From: an uncultured Gammaproteobacteria bacterium
Lineage (GTDB): Bacteria; Patescibacteriota; Microgenomatia; PFEM01; JAHIFH01
Direction of reading: 5' to 3'
NCBI GenBank assembly: GCA_964653685.1
Contig: CAZZHA010000002.1
Coordinates: 1-44,083 of the forward strand
DNA length: 44,083 bases
The notes under the pieces were generated by a model. That model ran no database searches. It was not told the origin of the DNA and was given only the letters and a program-made list of their open reading frames with translations. This document shows, piece by piece, positions 1 through 8,652 of this stretch (positions are counted from its first letter, which is position 1; the number at the start of each line of letters is the position of its first letter). A program made the position numbers and the translations under genes.

Positions 1-497
1 ATGAGGTCAGTCCTTATTTAGCTTCTTTGACTTATGCTGGTGACCGGTTTGAGGCCAAGGAAAGAATTGAGAAGTGGCTGGCTCAAGGCAAGTTGGTGGT
101 GGCCAATCGTTATACTGGTTCAAACATGGGTCATCAGACAGCGAAATTACCTCGAAAAGAGCAAGTAAAATTCCTTCGTTTTTTAGAAAAATTAGAATAT
201 GAAGTTTTTGGTATTCCCAAGGAAGACTTGGTTATTTTTCTTTACATGCCAGTAGTGATTGGTCAATTATTGATTGACAATAAAGGAAATCGTAGCTATA
301 TTGGGGGTCAAGGGCGAGACATTCACGAAGCGGATTTAGACCATCTTAAAAAGAGTTCAGAGGTTTATTTGAGGTTGGTAAGGAGATATCCTTACTGGGT
401 AAGAATTAATTGTTTTGCTGATGATTTGTTGACCCCTCAGGAGATTCACGAAAAGGTTTTGGAGGTTTTAAAAAAAAGAAAGATCATTAAAAGATAA
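1..497 (+). CDS. tmk: thymidylate kinase, C-terminal part (5' end outside the window; the frame is open from nt 3)
   Basis: The ORF has no stop back to the window edge. The segment ...YAGDRFEAKERIEKWLAQGKLVVANRYTGSNMGHQ... resembles the Tmk core (AADR...DRY..S..AYQ pattern). Confidence 0.75.
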   Translation, partial: EVSPYLASLTYAGDRFEAKERIEKWLAQGKLVVANRYTGSNMGHQTAKLPRKEQVKFLRFLEKLEYEVFGIPKEDLVIFLYMPVVIGQLLIDNKGNRSYIGGQGRDIHEADLDHLKKSSEVYLRLVRRYPYWVRINCFADDLLTPQEIHEKVLEVLKKRKIIKR

Positions 498-498
498 A

Positions 499-729
499 AT
501 GGTTGAGAATCCAGAAAGATATAAAATAGCTTATGTAAATGGCGAGATAGGACAGCATCCTCATATTATTGATACTGAAGAAGGTGGTATTGTTAGATTT
601 GGTTTTAGTGGTAATCAGCTCTTTCCTAGTTGTGAGACAGCTGAAACAGTAGCCCAACAATTAAATTCCGGTGTCGCTCCAGAAGAAATAGAAATTAGTT
701 TTTTTAAAAAAAGAGGAGAAAATGGTTGA
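499..729 (+). CDS. hypothetical small acidic protein (76 aa)
   Basis: The ORF starts 1 nt after the tmk stop and its end overlaps the next ORF by 8 nt (ATGGTTGA). No recognisable motif. Confidence 0.45.
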   Translation: MVENPERYKIAYVNGEIGQHPHIIDTEEGGIVRFGFSGNQLFPSCETAETVAQQLNSGVAPEEIEISFFKKRGENG

Positions 730-958
730 AAGTTCTGAAAGCAAAGGAGTGTCCGTTAGGTTTGAAGGTGACATCCAAGATAGTGGGATTTATGGACCTG
801 AGGCGTTAGATAATTTACAAGTAGGTGGAGTAGTTAATGTTGGTCTTCCTGGTGAAATCGGATCTGTTTCGTGCGAGATTACTGAAGTTTCTCAAGAGGA
901 AGACGCCATTGTTGTTACGGTTAAGAGTAGAGCTGGTAGAGAACATCACCAGTTTTAA
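722..958 (+). CDS. hypothetical small acidic protein (78 aa)
   Basis: The ORF is translationally coupled to the previous ORF and shares the same first 8 nt (ATGGTTGA). No recognisable motif. Confidence 0.45.
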   Translation: MVESSESKGVSVRFEGDIQDSGIYGPEALDNLQVGGVVNVGLPGEIGSVSCEITEVSQEEDAIVVTVKSRAGREHHQF

Positions 959-971
959 TGATTACTTCTGA

Positions 972-1001
972 TTAGCTTCAAAGAAAAGATTATTATATAA
1001 T
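972..1001 (+). promoter_or_regulatory. putative promoter; -10 TATAAT lies 7 nt upstream of the ATG at 1009 (leaderless configuration)
   Basis: TTAGCT (972-977), an 18 nt spacer, TATAAT (996-1001), then 7 nt (ccttctg) to the ATG. No SD. Confidence 0.4.
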
Positions 1002-1008
1002 CCTTCTG

Positions 1009-1908
1009 ATGGATAAAATTATTGAATGTGTTCCCAATTTTTCTGAAGGGAGAAATCAAGGGATTATTCAGGCCATTGCTGATACCGCTCGGGGTAAGGA
1101 AAAGGTAAGAGTTCTAGACGTTGAATGGGATAAGGATCATCACCGTTCTTTAGTGACTTTAGTGGGTGAGCCAGAAGCGGTTTTGGTGGCAGTTTGGGAG
1201 ATGATTAAAAAGGCCACCGAATTGATTGATATGGAAAAACATCAGGGTGAACATCCGCGAATTGGGGCGACGGATGTCGTTCCCTTTATACCGGTGGCCA
1301 ATGTTTCCATGGAAGAGTGTGTTGAATTAGCCAAGAGATTAGGGAAAAGAGTCGGTGAAGAATTGAAGATTCCAGTTTATTTATATGAAGCGGCGGCCAC
1401 TAGGCCAGAAAGAGTTAATTTGGCTAATGTCAGGCAAGGTGATTACGAGGGTTTGAAAAAAGAGATTGAAAGTAATCCTGAAAGAAAACCTGATTTTGGT
1501 CCTAGTCAAATGCACCCGACAGCCGGGGCGATGGTGGTTGGGGCGCGGAAGTTTTTAATCGCTTATAATATTAATCTTGATACTCAAGATGTTGAAGTGG
1601 CTAAAGAACTGGCGAAATTGATTCGGGAAAAGGATGGCGGTTTTCCGGCCGTCAAGGCTTTGGGTTTTGCCATTAAGGATAAAGGTTTTGTTCAGGTTTC
1701 GATTAATTTATGTGATTTTGAAAAAACTAACATGGAGGTGGTTTTTAGGAAAGTTAAGGAAGAAGCGAAAAAAAGAGGAGTTAAAGTTTTAGGTTCTGAA
1801 ATCTACGGGATGGTCCCTCAGGCGGCTCTGGAAAAGATTGATATTACTGAATTGCAATTAATTGATTTTAAAGAAGATCAGATTTTAGAAAACAAATTAA
1901 AAGCATGA
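1009..1908 (+). CDS. glutamate formimidoyltransferase (formiminotransferase domain protein)
   Basis: The N-terminus MDKIIECVPNFSEGRN is the characteristic start of the FTCD_N formiminotransferase domain, and the length of about 300 aa fits. Confidence 0.8.
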   Translation: MDKIIECVPNFSEGRNQGIIQAIADTARGKEKVRVLDVEWDKDHHRSLVTLVGEPEAVLVAVWEMIKKATELIDMEKHQGEHPRIGATDVVPFIPVANVSMEECVELAKRLGKRVGEELKIPVYLYEAAATRPERVNLANVRQGDYEGLKKEIESNPERKPDFGPSQMHPTAGAMVVGARKFLIAYNINLDTQDVEVAKELAKLIREKDGGFPAVKALGFAIKDKGFVQVSINLCDFEKTNMEVVFRKVKEEAKKRGVKVLGSEIYGMVPQAALEKIDITELQLIDFKEDQILENKLKA

Positions 1909-2438
1909 AGAAATTTTTAGACGAAGTTGCTTCTAAAAAACCAGCTCCTGGCGGTGGCAGTGCTTCGGCTCTAGCTGGTGCTTTGGCCGCGGCTTTGGTG
2001 AATAAGGTTTGTCTTTTAACGATTGGTAAAGATAAATATCAAGACGTTGCCGAGCAATTTAAACAGTTAAATCAGGAGGTTGTTAATCTCCAGAAAGATT
2101 TATCCGAACTGGTTGATAAAGATGCCCAGGCTTATCAGGAGGTAGTTAAAACCAAGGGGAGTCAAGTGGCCGTTAAAAAAGCGGCAGAGGTGCCTTTGGA
2201 GACGGCGAAAAAATCTTTGGAAGTTTTAAAAAGAGCCATCTATGCTTCTGAATATGGTAACCAAAATCTTCGCTCTGATGCTTTTTGTGCGATTGAATTG
2301 GCCACCGCCGCTGTTTATGGTGCTTTAGAAAATGTTCGAATTAATCTGCCTTTTATTAAAGATGAGAAGTATTTAGGAGATTTGAAAGACAAGGTTGATG
2401 AAATTTTAGCTGGAGCTGATAATTTGGTTAAGCCTTGA
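1905..2438 (+). CDS. formimidoyltetrahydrofolate cyclodeaminase
   Basis: Contains the KPAPGGGSASALAGALAAALVNKV motif typical of the cyclodeaminase (FTCD_C) family. Overlaps the upstream gene by 4 nt (ATGA). Confidence 0.8.
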   Translation: MKKFLDEVASKKPAPGGGSASALAGALAAALVNKVCLLTIGKDKYQDVAEQFKQLNQEVVNLQKDLSELVDKDAQAYQEVVKTKGSQVAVKKAAEVPLETAKKSLEVLKRAIYASEYGNQNLRSDAFCAIELATAAVYGALENVRINLPFIKDEKYLGDLKDKVDEILAGADNLVKP

Positions 2439-2470
2439 AAAAGAAAAAATATTTTGTTAAAAAGAGAATG

Positions 2471-2492
2471 AACTGCCCAGGGCAGTTTTTTT
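2471..2492 (+). terminator. intrinsic terminator after the cyclodeaminase gene
   Basis: AACTGCCC-A-GGGCAGTT hairpin followed by a T-run (TTTTTTT). Confidence 0.7.
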
Positions 2493-2506
2493 GAAGGGAG
2501 GTGAAA

Positions 2507-2860
2507 ATGTCAGAGACATTAGAGACAAAAGCCTTTGTTGGCGAACCAGAAAAAGTTATTTATGAAGAAATGGTTGCTGGCAGAAAAAGATATTTGATAG
2601 ATGAATACCCGAATTTAGAAAGAGAATTGGAAGTAATTTGTCAAGGTTTAACTGGTGACGATGAATCAATTCAAGTAGGTATTGAGGGACTAATTAATCT
2701 TCAAGGTGAAGGTTCTGAGCCGGCCAAAGAGTGTTTTGCTTCGCTTTTACTGGGGCGTTCTAGTAAAGAAGTTTACGCGACTAATCAGAGATTGATTGAG
2801 AGTCTTGAGAATGGTAACTTGAGAGAGATTTTACTAGCGATGAGTGGTAGAGGTGATTGA
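2507..2860 (+). CDS. hypothetical acidic protein (about 117 aa)
   Basis: The ORF has a strong SD (GGGAGGTGA) just upstream of the ATG at 2507; the track start at 2501 is GTG. No recognisable motif. Confidence 0.5.
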   Translation: MSETLETKAFVGEPEKVIYEEMVAGRKRYLIDEYPNLERELEVICQGLTGDDESIQVGIEGLINLQGEGSEPAKECFASLLLGRSSKEVYATNQRLIESLENGNLREILLAMSGRGD

Positions 2861-2885
2861 GTTTTAAGGACTGATCTGTTATAAT
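2857..2885 (+). promoter_or_regulatory. rpsB operon promoter
   Basis: TTGAGT (2857-2862), a 17 nt spacer, then TATAAT (2880-2885). Confidence 0.55.
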
Positions 2886-2909
2886 TTCCCCATTACACAC
2901 ACCTGTCAT

Positions 2910-2951
2910 TAATCCTTGTTGACTGCTGACGGGTGGCGGATTAAAGGATTA
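2910..2951 (+). promoter_or_regulatory. 5'UTR hairpin that sequesters the rpsB Shine-Dalgarno
   Basis: TAATCCTT (2910-2917) is perfectly complementary to AAGGATTA (2944-2951). The 3' arm contains the only SD-like element (AAAGGA), 9 nt upstream of the ATG at 2958. A second GGATTA copy sits at 2938-2943. Confidence 0.5.
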
Positions 2952-2957
2952 TATTTT

Positions 2958-3683
2958 ATGGCCACTAAACTTAGTCTTAAAGATTTATTAGAAGCCGGAG
3001 CTCACTTCGGTCATCAGGCGCGTCGTTGGAATCCTAAGATGGAGGATTATCTTTTTGAGGTTCGGGATGGGATTCATGTTTTTGATTTGGTCAAAACAAA
3101 AGAAGGTTTGGAAAAAGCCGCTGATTTTGTCAGAGAGTTAACCGCCCAGGGTGGTCAAATTATTTTTGTCGGCACCAAACGCCAGGCCCAGGCAATTATT
3201 AAAGAAGAAGCTAAGAAGGCCGGCATGCCTTTTGTCGACCGGCGCTGGTTGGGAGGGACAGTTACTAATTGGCAAGAAATCAAGAAACGGATTGATCACT
3301 TAATAGAGATGAGAGAGCAGAAAGAAAAAGGTGAGTATAAGAAATATACTAAAAAGGAACAATTATTACTTGATCGGGAAATGGAAAAATTGGAGAAAAA
3401 AATGGGTGGTTTGGTTAGTTTAGAAGATTTGCCAGCCGCCATTTTTATGGTCGATACCAAAACAGAGGAAATTGCGATTAGGGAAGCGAAGATGAAAGAT
3501 ATTCCGGTAGTGGCGATTGTTGATTCTAATTCCAATCCTGATTTGGTAGACTATCTAATACCAGCTAATGATGATGCCGTCGGTGCGATTAAGTTAATTG
3601 TTTCGATCATTAGCGAGGCAGCGAGAAGTGGCCGAGAAGCTTGGCAGAAAAAAGCCAGTGAGAAAAAGAAGGAAACATCATGA
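2958..3683 (+). CDS. rpsB: 30S ribosomal protein S2
   Basis: MATKLSLKDLLEAGAHFGHQARRWNPKM is the canonical S2 N-terminus. The TTG start at 2916 in the track is probably a spurious extension. Confidence 0.95.
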   Translation: MATKLSLKDLLEAGAHFGHQARRWNPKMEDYLFEVRDGIHVFDLVKTKEGLEKAADFVRELTAQGGQIIFVGTKRQAQAIIKEEAKKAGMPFVDRRWLGGTVTNWQEIKKRIDHLIEMREQKEKGEYKKYTKKEQLLLDREMEKLEKKMGGLVSLEDLPAAIFMVDTKTEEIAIREAKMKDIPVVAIVDSNSNPDLVDYLIPANDDAVGAIKLIVSIISEAARSGREAWQKKASEKKKETS

Positions 3684-4141
3684 CTAGAATCAAGGCCGAC
3701 CAGATTAAGAAACTTCGAGCTAAAACCAAAGCAGGGGTGATGGATTGTCGTCGAGCTCTTGAAGAATCGAGTGGTGACCTGAAAAAGGCCGAAGCCTGGT
3801 TAAGAAAAAAAGGGATTGAATCAGCTTCTAAAAGAGAGGGTCGAGAAACAAAACAGGGTTTGATCGAGGTTTATCTTCATAATGATGGCAAGATTGCTGG
3901 TCTGGTTGAACTTTTGTGTGAGACCGACTTTGTTGCTCGAACAGATGAGTTTAAAAAATTAGCTCATGAATTGGCCATGCAAGCGGCGGCGATGAAACCT
4001 AAAAATCTGAAGGAGTTTTTAAAACAAGCTTGGATTCGAGACGAAAAGAAGACAATTGATTCTTTAATCAAGGAATTAATCAGTAAGACCGGTGAGAATA
4101 TTGTTGTTAATCGAGTGGCCCGTTTTGAATTAGGAGAGTAA
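3680..4141 (+). CDS. tsf: elongation factor Ts, short form (153 aa)
   Basis: N-terminal UBA-like motif IKKLRAKTKAGVMDCRRALEESSGDLKKAEAWLRKKG, then the CETDFVARTDEF core motif. Canonical rpsB-tsf order, with a 4 nt overlap. Confidence 0.9.
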   Translation: MTRIKADQIKKLRAKTKAGVMDCRRALEESSGDLKKAEAWLRKKGIESASKREGRETKQGLIEVYLHNDGKIAGLVELLCETDFVARTDEFKKLAHELAMQAAAMKPKNLKEFLKQAWIRDEKKTIDSLIKELISKTGENIVVNRVARFELGE

Positions 4142-4142
4142 G

Positions 4143-4688
4143 GTGGACGAAGTTCGTCAAAAAATGGAAAAAGTGCTCGACCTCCTGCGCCAAGAGCTGG
4201 TAAGTTTGAAAGTGGGCCGGGCGACACCGGCTTTAGTCGAACAAATTCAAGTTGAGGCTTATGAAACAAAAATGCCTTTGGTGGAGTTAGCCACGATTGC
4301 CTCTCCTGAATCCAACCAATTATTAATTACCCCTTTTGATCAAGCGATTACTAGAAATATTGAGAAGGCTTTGTCTTTGGATCGGGACTTGGGTCTTAAT
4401 CCGGTGGTTGATGGTGAGGCGATTCGTTTGGTTATTCCCCCTCTAAATGAAGAAAGACGCAAGGAATTAGTTAAGGTTTTAGGCCAAAAGTTGGAATCAG
4501 GCCGGGTGATGATCCGTCAGGTGCGCCAGGATAAAATGCAGGAGATTCGGAGTGCCTTTGAAAACAAAGAAATTTCTGAAGATGAAAAATTTAGAAGAGA
4601 AAAGGAATTACAGGAAATTACCAACGAGTTTAATCAGAAAATTGCGGAAATAGGTAAACAAAAAGAAGACCAATTACTGAGCATCTAA
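4143..4688 (+). CDS. frr: ribosome recycling factor
   Basis: GTG start after SD GGAG. LSLDRDLGLNPVVDGEAIRLVIPPLNEERRKELVK is typical of RRF. Canonical tsf-frr context. Confidence 0.9.
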   Translation: MDEVRQKMEKVLDLLRQELVSLKVGRATPALVEQIQVEAYETKMPLVELATIASPESNQLLITPFDQAITRNIEKALSLDRDLGLNPVVDGEAIRLVIPPLNEERRKELVKVLGQKLESGRVMIRQVRQDKMQEIRSAFENKEISEDEKFRREKELQEITNEFNQKIAEIGKQKEDQLLSI

Positions 4689-5855
4689 ATGCTTTTAACT
4701 ATTATTCTCGCTTTATTAGTTTTATCACTTCTAATTCTGGTTCATGAGCTGGGCCATTTTTTAGTGGCCAAAAGAGCCGGAATTGGGGTGGAAGAATTTG
4801 GTTTTGGTTATCCGCCTCGGATGTTTGCTAAAAAGATTGGCGAAACTGTTTATTCAATTAACTGGTTATTGTTTGGTGGTTTTGTCAGGCTTTTGGGTGA
4901 AGATTTAGAAGAGAGTGAGCGACTTAAAAAACAAGAGAGAAGTTTTTGGAATAAATCAAAAAGAGCCAGAACGGCCGTCATTATTGCCGGCGTTTTAGGT
5001 AATTTTTTATTGGCCATTGTTTGTTTTTCCGCTGTTTATTCGTTGGCCGGTATTCCCACTAAGACGAATCAAGTAGAGGTTGTTGGTCTGATGGAAAACT
5101 CACCAGCCACTCAAGCCGGTTTAATGGAGGGTGATCTTGTTTTAGGTGTTAATGGGATTGCGGTTGATAATGTTAATCAGTTTGTTGACTTGGTTAATCA
5201 GGAAAAAGGCAAACAAATTATCCTTAAAGTAGACCGAAAGGAAAACAATCCTTGTTTGGAAAAGGTCTTAGGTGGTTTAGGTTTTAGTTGTGAAGAGGGT
5301 AAATTAATTCTTTTTATGACACCGCGGGAAAATCCACCTGAAGGTGAAGGAGCCTTAGGAGTAGTGATTAGTGATATGGAAATGAAAAAGTATCCGCTTT
5401 GGCAAATGCCTTTTTACGGAACCAAAGAGGGTTTTAAAGAAGCTTTTGCTTGGACCGGTTTGATTGCTGGCGGGATTGGTCAAATGTTTAGTAATTTGCT
5501 AACCAAAGGCCAAGTGCCTCAAGAAATTGCTGGTCCGATTGGGATTCTCCAATTAACTTCAACGGTCGCTAAAAGTGGTTGGCTAACTATTCTTCAGTTT
5601 ATTGGTGTTTTGTCAATTAATTTGGCCATTCTTAATATTTTGCCTTTTCCGGCTTTAGATGGGGGTAAATTGATTTTTATTGCTTACGAAGCGATTGCCA
5701 GGAGAAAACCTAAACCCAAGATTGAGCAATGGGTTAATCTGATTGGTATGGCACTTTTAATGCTTCTCTTGGTTTTGGTGACGATTAATGATGTCCGGCG
5801 TTTAATTGAAACGACTTCTTTAGGAAGCAAACTTCGTTCAGTCTTGCCTTTCTAA
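4689..5855 (+). CDS. rseP: RIP zinc metalloprotease RseP/site-2 protease
   Basis: Has the HELGH zinc motif in TM1, a central PDZ-like segment, and the NILPFPALDGG motif near the C-terminus. Confidence 0.9.
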   Translation: MLLTIILALLVLSLLILVHELGHFLVAKRAGIGVEEFGFGYPPRMFAKKIGETVYSINWLLFGGFVRLLGEDLEESERLKKQERSFWNKSKRARTAVIIAGVLGNFLLAIVCFSAVYSLAGIPTKTNQVEVVGLMENSPATQAGLMEGDLVLGVNGIAVDNVNQFVDLVNQEKGKQIILKVDRKENNPCLEKVLGGLGFSCEEGKLILFMTPRENPPEGEGALGVVISDMEMKKYPLWQMPFYGTKEGFKEAFAWTGLIAGGIGQMFSNLLTKGQVPQEIAGPIGILQLTSTVAKSGWLTILQFIGVLSINLAILNILPFPALDGGKLIFIAYEAIARRKPKPKIEQWVNLIGMALLMLLLVLVTINDVRRLIETTSLGSKLRSVLPF

Positions 5856-5857
5856 TC

Positions 5858-5886
5858 TTGCTCTTATAAACAGGTTTCACTATAAT
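5858..5886 (+). promoter_or_regulatory. proS promoter
   Basis: TTGCTC (5858-5863), a 17 nt spacer, then TATAAT (5881-5886). A 33 nt leader carries SD AAGGAA. Confidence 0.55.
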
Positions 5887-5919
5887 GAATTTTGTAGATG
5901 ACTCAGAGATTTTAAGGAA

Positions 5920-7362
5920 ATGATGGATAAATTTGAAAAAAAGGAAATTACTAAGAAATCAAAAAATTTTTCTCGTTGGTATACCGACGTTATTTTAAAG
6001 ACTGGCTTGGCTGATTATTCACCGGTTAAAGGTTGTATGGTGATTAGGCCTTATGGCTATGGTTTATGGGAAAACATTAAATCGGCTTTGGATGGAATGA
6101 TTAAGTCAGCCGGGATTAGAAACGCCTATTTTCCTCTCTTTATTCCCGAAAGCTTTATCAAAAAAGAAAAAGAACACGTTGAAGGTTTTTCGCCAGAACT
6201 GGCAGTGGTCACCATTGGTGGTGGTGAGAAATTAGAAGAAAGATTGGTGGTTCGACCGACTTCCGAAACCATTATCTATTCCATGTTTGCCAAGTGGATT
6301 AATTCCTGGCGGGATTTACCTTTATGTCTTAATCAATGGTGCAACATTGTTCGTTGGGAAAAACGGACTTATCTTTTTTTAAGAACCACCGAATTTTTAT
6401 GGCAGGAAGGCCATACTTGCCACGCTACCCATGAGGAGGCAAAAAAGGAAGTTGACCGGGCACTGATGATGTATGCCAAACTCTATCAGGAATGGTTGGC
6501 TCTGCCCGGATTAATGGGAAAAAAATCTGAAGCAGAGAAATTTCCTGGAGCGGTTGATACTTTTGCTTACGAAATGTTAATGCCTGACGGCAAGGTTCTT
6601 CAGGGGTGTACTTCCCATGATCTGGGTCAAAACTTTTCTAAACCATTTAAGATTCAGTTTCAAAACAAAAAAGGAAAATTGGAAAATGTTTGGCAGACTT
6701 GTTGGGGTTTTTCGACCCGGGCGATTGGGGCTTTGATTATGGCTCATGGTGATGATCAAGGATTAGTTCTACCTCCCAAGATTGCTCCTGAGCAAGTGGT
6801 CATTGTTCCGATTAATGGCAAGAAGAGTGAAGCAGTTTTAAAGATGGCGAAAAAGCTGGAACATGATTTGAAAAAAGCGGGTATTCGGGTCTTTCTTGAT
6901 TCTCGGGAAGAGCAAACACCTGGTTGGCGATTTAATGAGTGGGAGTTAAAAGGCGTGCCTCTTCAGATGATGGTTGGTCCAAAGGAAGTTCAAAAGAAAA
7001 TGGTTACTTTAGGACGACGGGATCAACAAAAAAAGTGGGAGGTAGACTTAAATAAGGTGGTAGCAGAGACAAGAAAAATTCTTGATGAAATTCAAGATTC
7101 AATCCTTGATGAAAGACAAAAATTTTTAAAGGAAAATATTCATGAGGTTAAGAACTATCAGGAATTTAAAAAGATAATGGCGGGAAAGAAGGGTTTTATT
7201 AAGGCCTTTTGGTGTGAAGATCCAAAATGTGAGACTAAAATTAAAGAAGAAACTAAAGCGACTTCACGGTTACTGCCTTTGGATGCTAAGACAGAAAAAG
7301 GGAAGTGTATTTACTGTGGTCAAGCTGCCAAACATCGTTGGTTTTTTGCCCAAGCTTATTGA
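5920..7362 (+). CDS. proS: prolyl-tRNA synthetase, archaeal/eukaryote-like type
   Basis: Class II ProRS layout without a bacterial INS domain. The C-terminal Cys-containing domain ends ...CIYCGQAAKHRWFFAQAY. Length 480 aa. Confidence 0.9.
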   Translation: MMDKFEKKEITKKSKNFSRWYTDVILKTGLADYSPVKGCMVIRPYGYGLWENIKSALDGMIKSAGIRNAYFPLFIPESFIKKEKEHVEGFSPELAVVTIGGGEKLEERLVVRPTSETIIYSMFAKWINSWRDLPLCLNQWCNIVRWEKRTYLFLRTTEFLWQEGHTCHATHEEAKKEVDRALMMYAKLYQEWLALPGLMGKKSEAEKFPGAVDTFAYEMLMPDGKVLQGCTSHDLGQNFSKPFKIQFQNKKGKLENVWQTCWGFSTRAIGALIMAHGDDQGLVLPPKIAPEQVVIVPINGKKSEAVLKMAKKLEHDLKKAGIRVFLDSREEQTPGWRFNEWELKGVPLQMMVGPKEVQKKMVTLGRRDQQKKWEVDLNKVVAETRKILDEIQDSILDERQKFLKENIHEVKNYQEFKKIMAGKKGFIKAFWCEDPKCETKIKEETKATSRLLPLDAKTEKGKCIYCGQAAKHRWFFAQAY

Positions 7363-7424
7363 AATAAAGAAATTTTCCTTCTTATAATCCCCAAAAATTC
7401 TCTTGGGTAATAATTAAACTTTTG

Positions 7425-7433
7425 TGATAGAAT
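7425..7433 (+). promoter_or_regulatory. extended -10 promoter 7 nt upstream of the ATG at 7441 (leaderless configuration)
   Basis: TG-A-TAGAAT, then tgtttca, then ATG. No SD. Confidence 0.45.
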
Positions 7434-7440
7434 TGTTTCA

Positions 7441-8277
7441 ATGAAAAAGATTGTCACTCATATTAATCCTGATTTGGATGCCGTGGTGGCTGTTTGGTTG
7501 ATCAAGCGTTTTTTGCCTGACTGGGAAGAAGCGGAAATTGATTTTTGTCAAGCTGGTGAAACGATTGATAAAAAACTACCAGATAAAGACCCTAATGTTT
7601 TGCATGTTGATACTGGTTTGGGCAAACTTGATCATCATCAGTTAGAAGAGATGACTTCGGCGGCTGAACGTTGTTTTGAGTTTCTTAAACAAGAGAGAAA
7701 GGGAGAACCCTTTAAAGAGCTAGATGAAAAGTCTTTGATTCAAATAATTAAAGTGGTGACCGAAGTTGATAATGCTCGAGATTTAAATTGGCCGGAAACG
7801 GGAACTCATCGTTATAATTTTTATTTACATAGTTTGATAGCTGGGATTAGAGGCATGGCTGGAAGTGATGAAGAAGCAATGACTTTTGGTTTAAAAGGGA
7901 TGGATGCGGTTTTCCATCAAATTAAAAAAAGTCTTGATGCCCAAAAAGAATTAAAGGAGGGGATTGAATTTTTAACCTCTTGGGGCAAGGGAATTGGTTT
8001 GGAAACTGGTAATGATAATGTTTTATGGGAAGGAGAAAAGGAAGGTTATTGTTTAGTGATTAGGAAGGATGTGGAATCAGGGGGAGTAAGGATTTATGGT
8101 CGCTATGATACTGAAGTTGATTTGACCAAAGCTTATAATCAATTTCGAAAAATTGATCCCAGTTCTGATTGGTATTTGCATCAATCAAAAAAATTATTGC
8201 TGAATGCCGCGACCAGTCATGAGATGAAACCAACTAAGTTAAGTTTAGAAGAAATTATTAAAGTTTTAAAGAAATGA
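7441..8277 (+). CDS. DHH-superfamily phosphoesterase-like protein
   Basis: Motif I THINPDLDAV (DxD), motif II HVDTG, and motif III LDHHQ (DHH). Confidence 0.6.
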   Translation: MKKIVTHINPDLDAVVAVWLIKRFLPDWEEAEIDFCQAGETIDKKLPDKDPNVLHVDTGLGKLDHHQLEEMTSAAERCFEFLKQERKGEPFKELDEKSLIQIIKVVTEVDNARDLNWPETGTHRYNFYLHSLIAGIRGMAGSDEEAMTFGLKGMDAVFHQIKKSLDAQKELKEGIEFLTSWGKGIGLETGNDNVLWEGEKEGYCLVIRKDVESGGVRIYGRYDTEVDLTKAYNQFRKIDPSSDWYLHQSKKLLLNAATSHEMKPTKLSLEEIIKVLKK

Positions 8278-8651
8278 AAGATTGTCTTTTTTGCAAAATT
8301 GCTAAAAAAGAAATTCCAAGTGACTTAATTTATGAAGACAAAGAAGTTATGGCTTTTGATGACATTAATCCTTTAGCCCCAGTTCATATTTTAGTTATTC
8401 CTAAAGAACACATTGAGGGACTTCAGACCGTCAAAGATTCTCATCAAGAAATTTTAGGGAAACTCCTTTTAACTGCCAGCAAGATTGCTAAGCAAAAGAA
8501 GTTAAAAGGCTATCGTGTCTTTTTTAATTGTGGTAAGATAGGAGGACAAGCAATCTTTCACTTGCATCTTCATTTGGTGGGTGGTTGGAAAGATTTGCCG
8601 GAGTTTGTCGAGTTAGTTAGAAGGAGACTTGGGGAGGGAGGTGCTATATGA
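8274..8651 (+). CDS. HIT-family (histidine triad) nucleotide hydrolase
   Basis: N-terminus CLFCKI and the histidine triad HLHLHLVGG. Confidence 0.9.
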   Translation: MKDCLFCKIAKKEIPSDLIYEDKEVMAFDDINPLAPVHILVIPKEHIEGLQTVKDSHQEILGKLLLTASKIAKQKKLKGYRVFFNCGKIGGQAIFHLHLHLVGGWKDLPEFVELVRRRLGEGGAI

Positions 8652-8652
8652 A

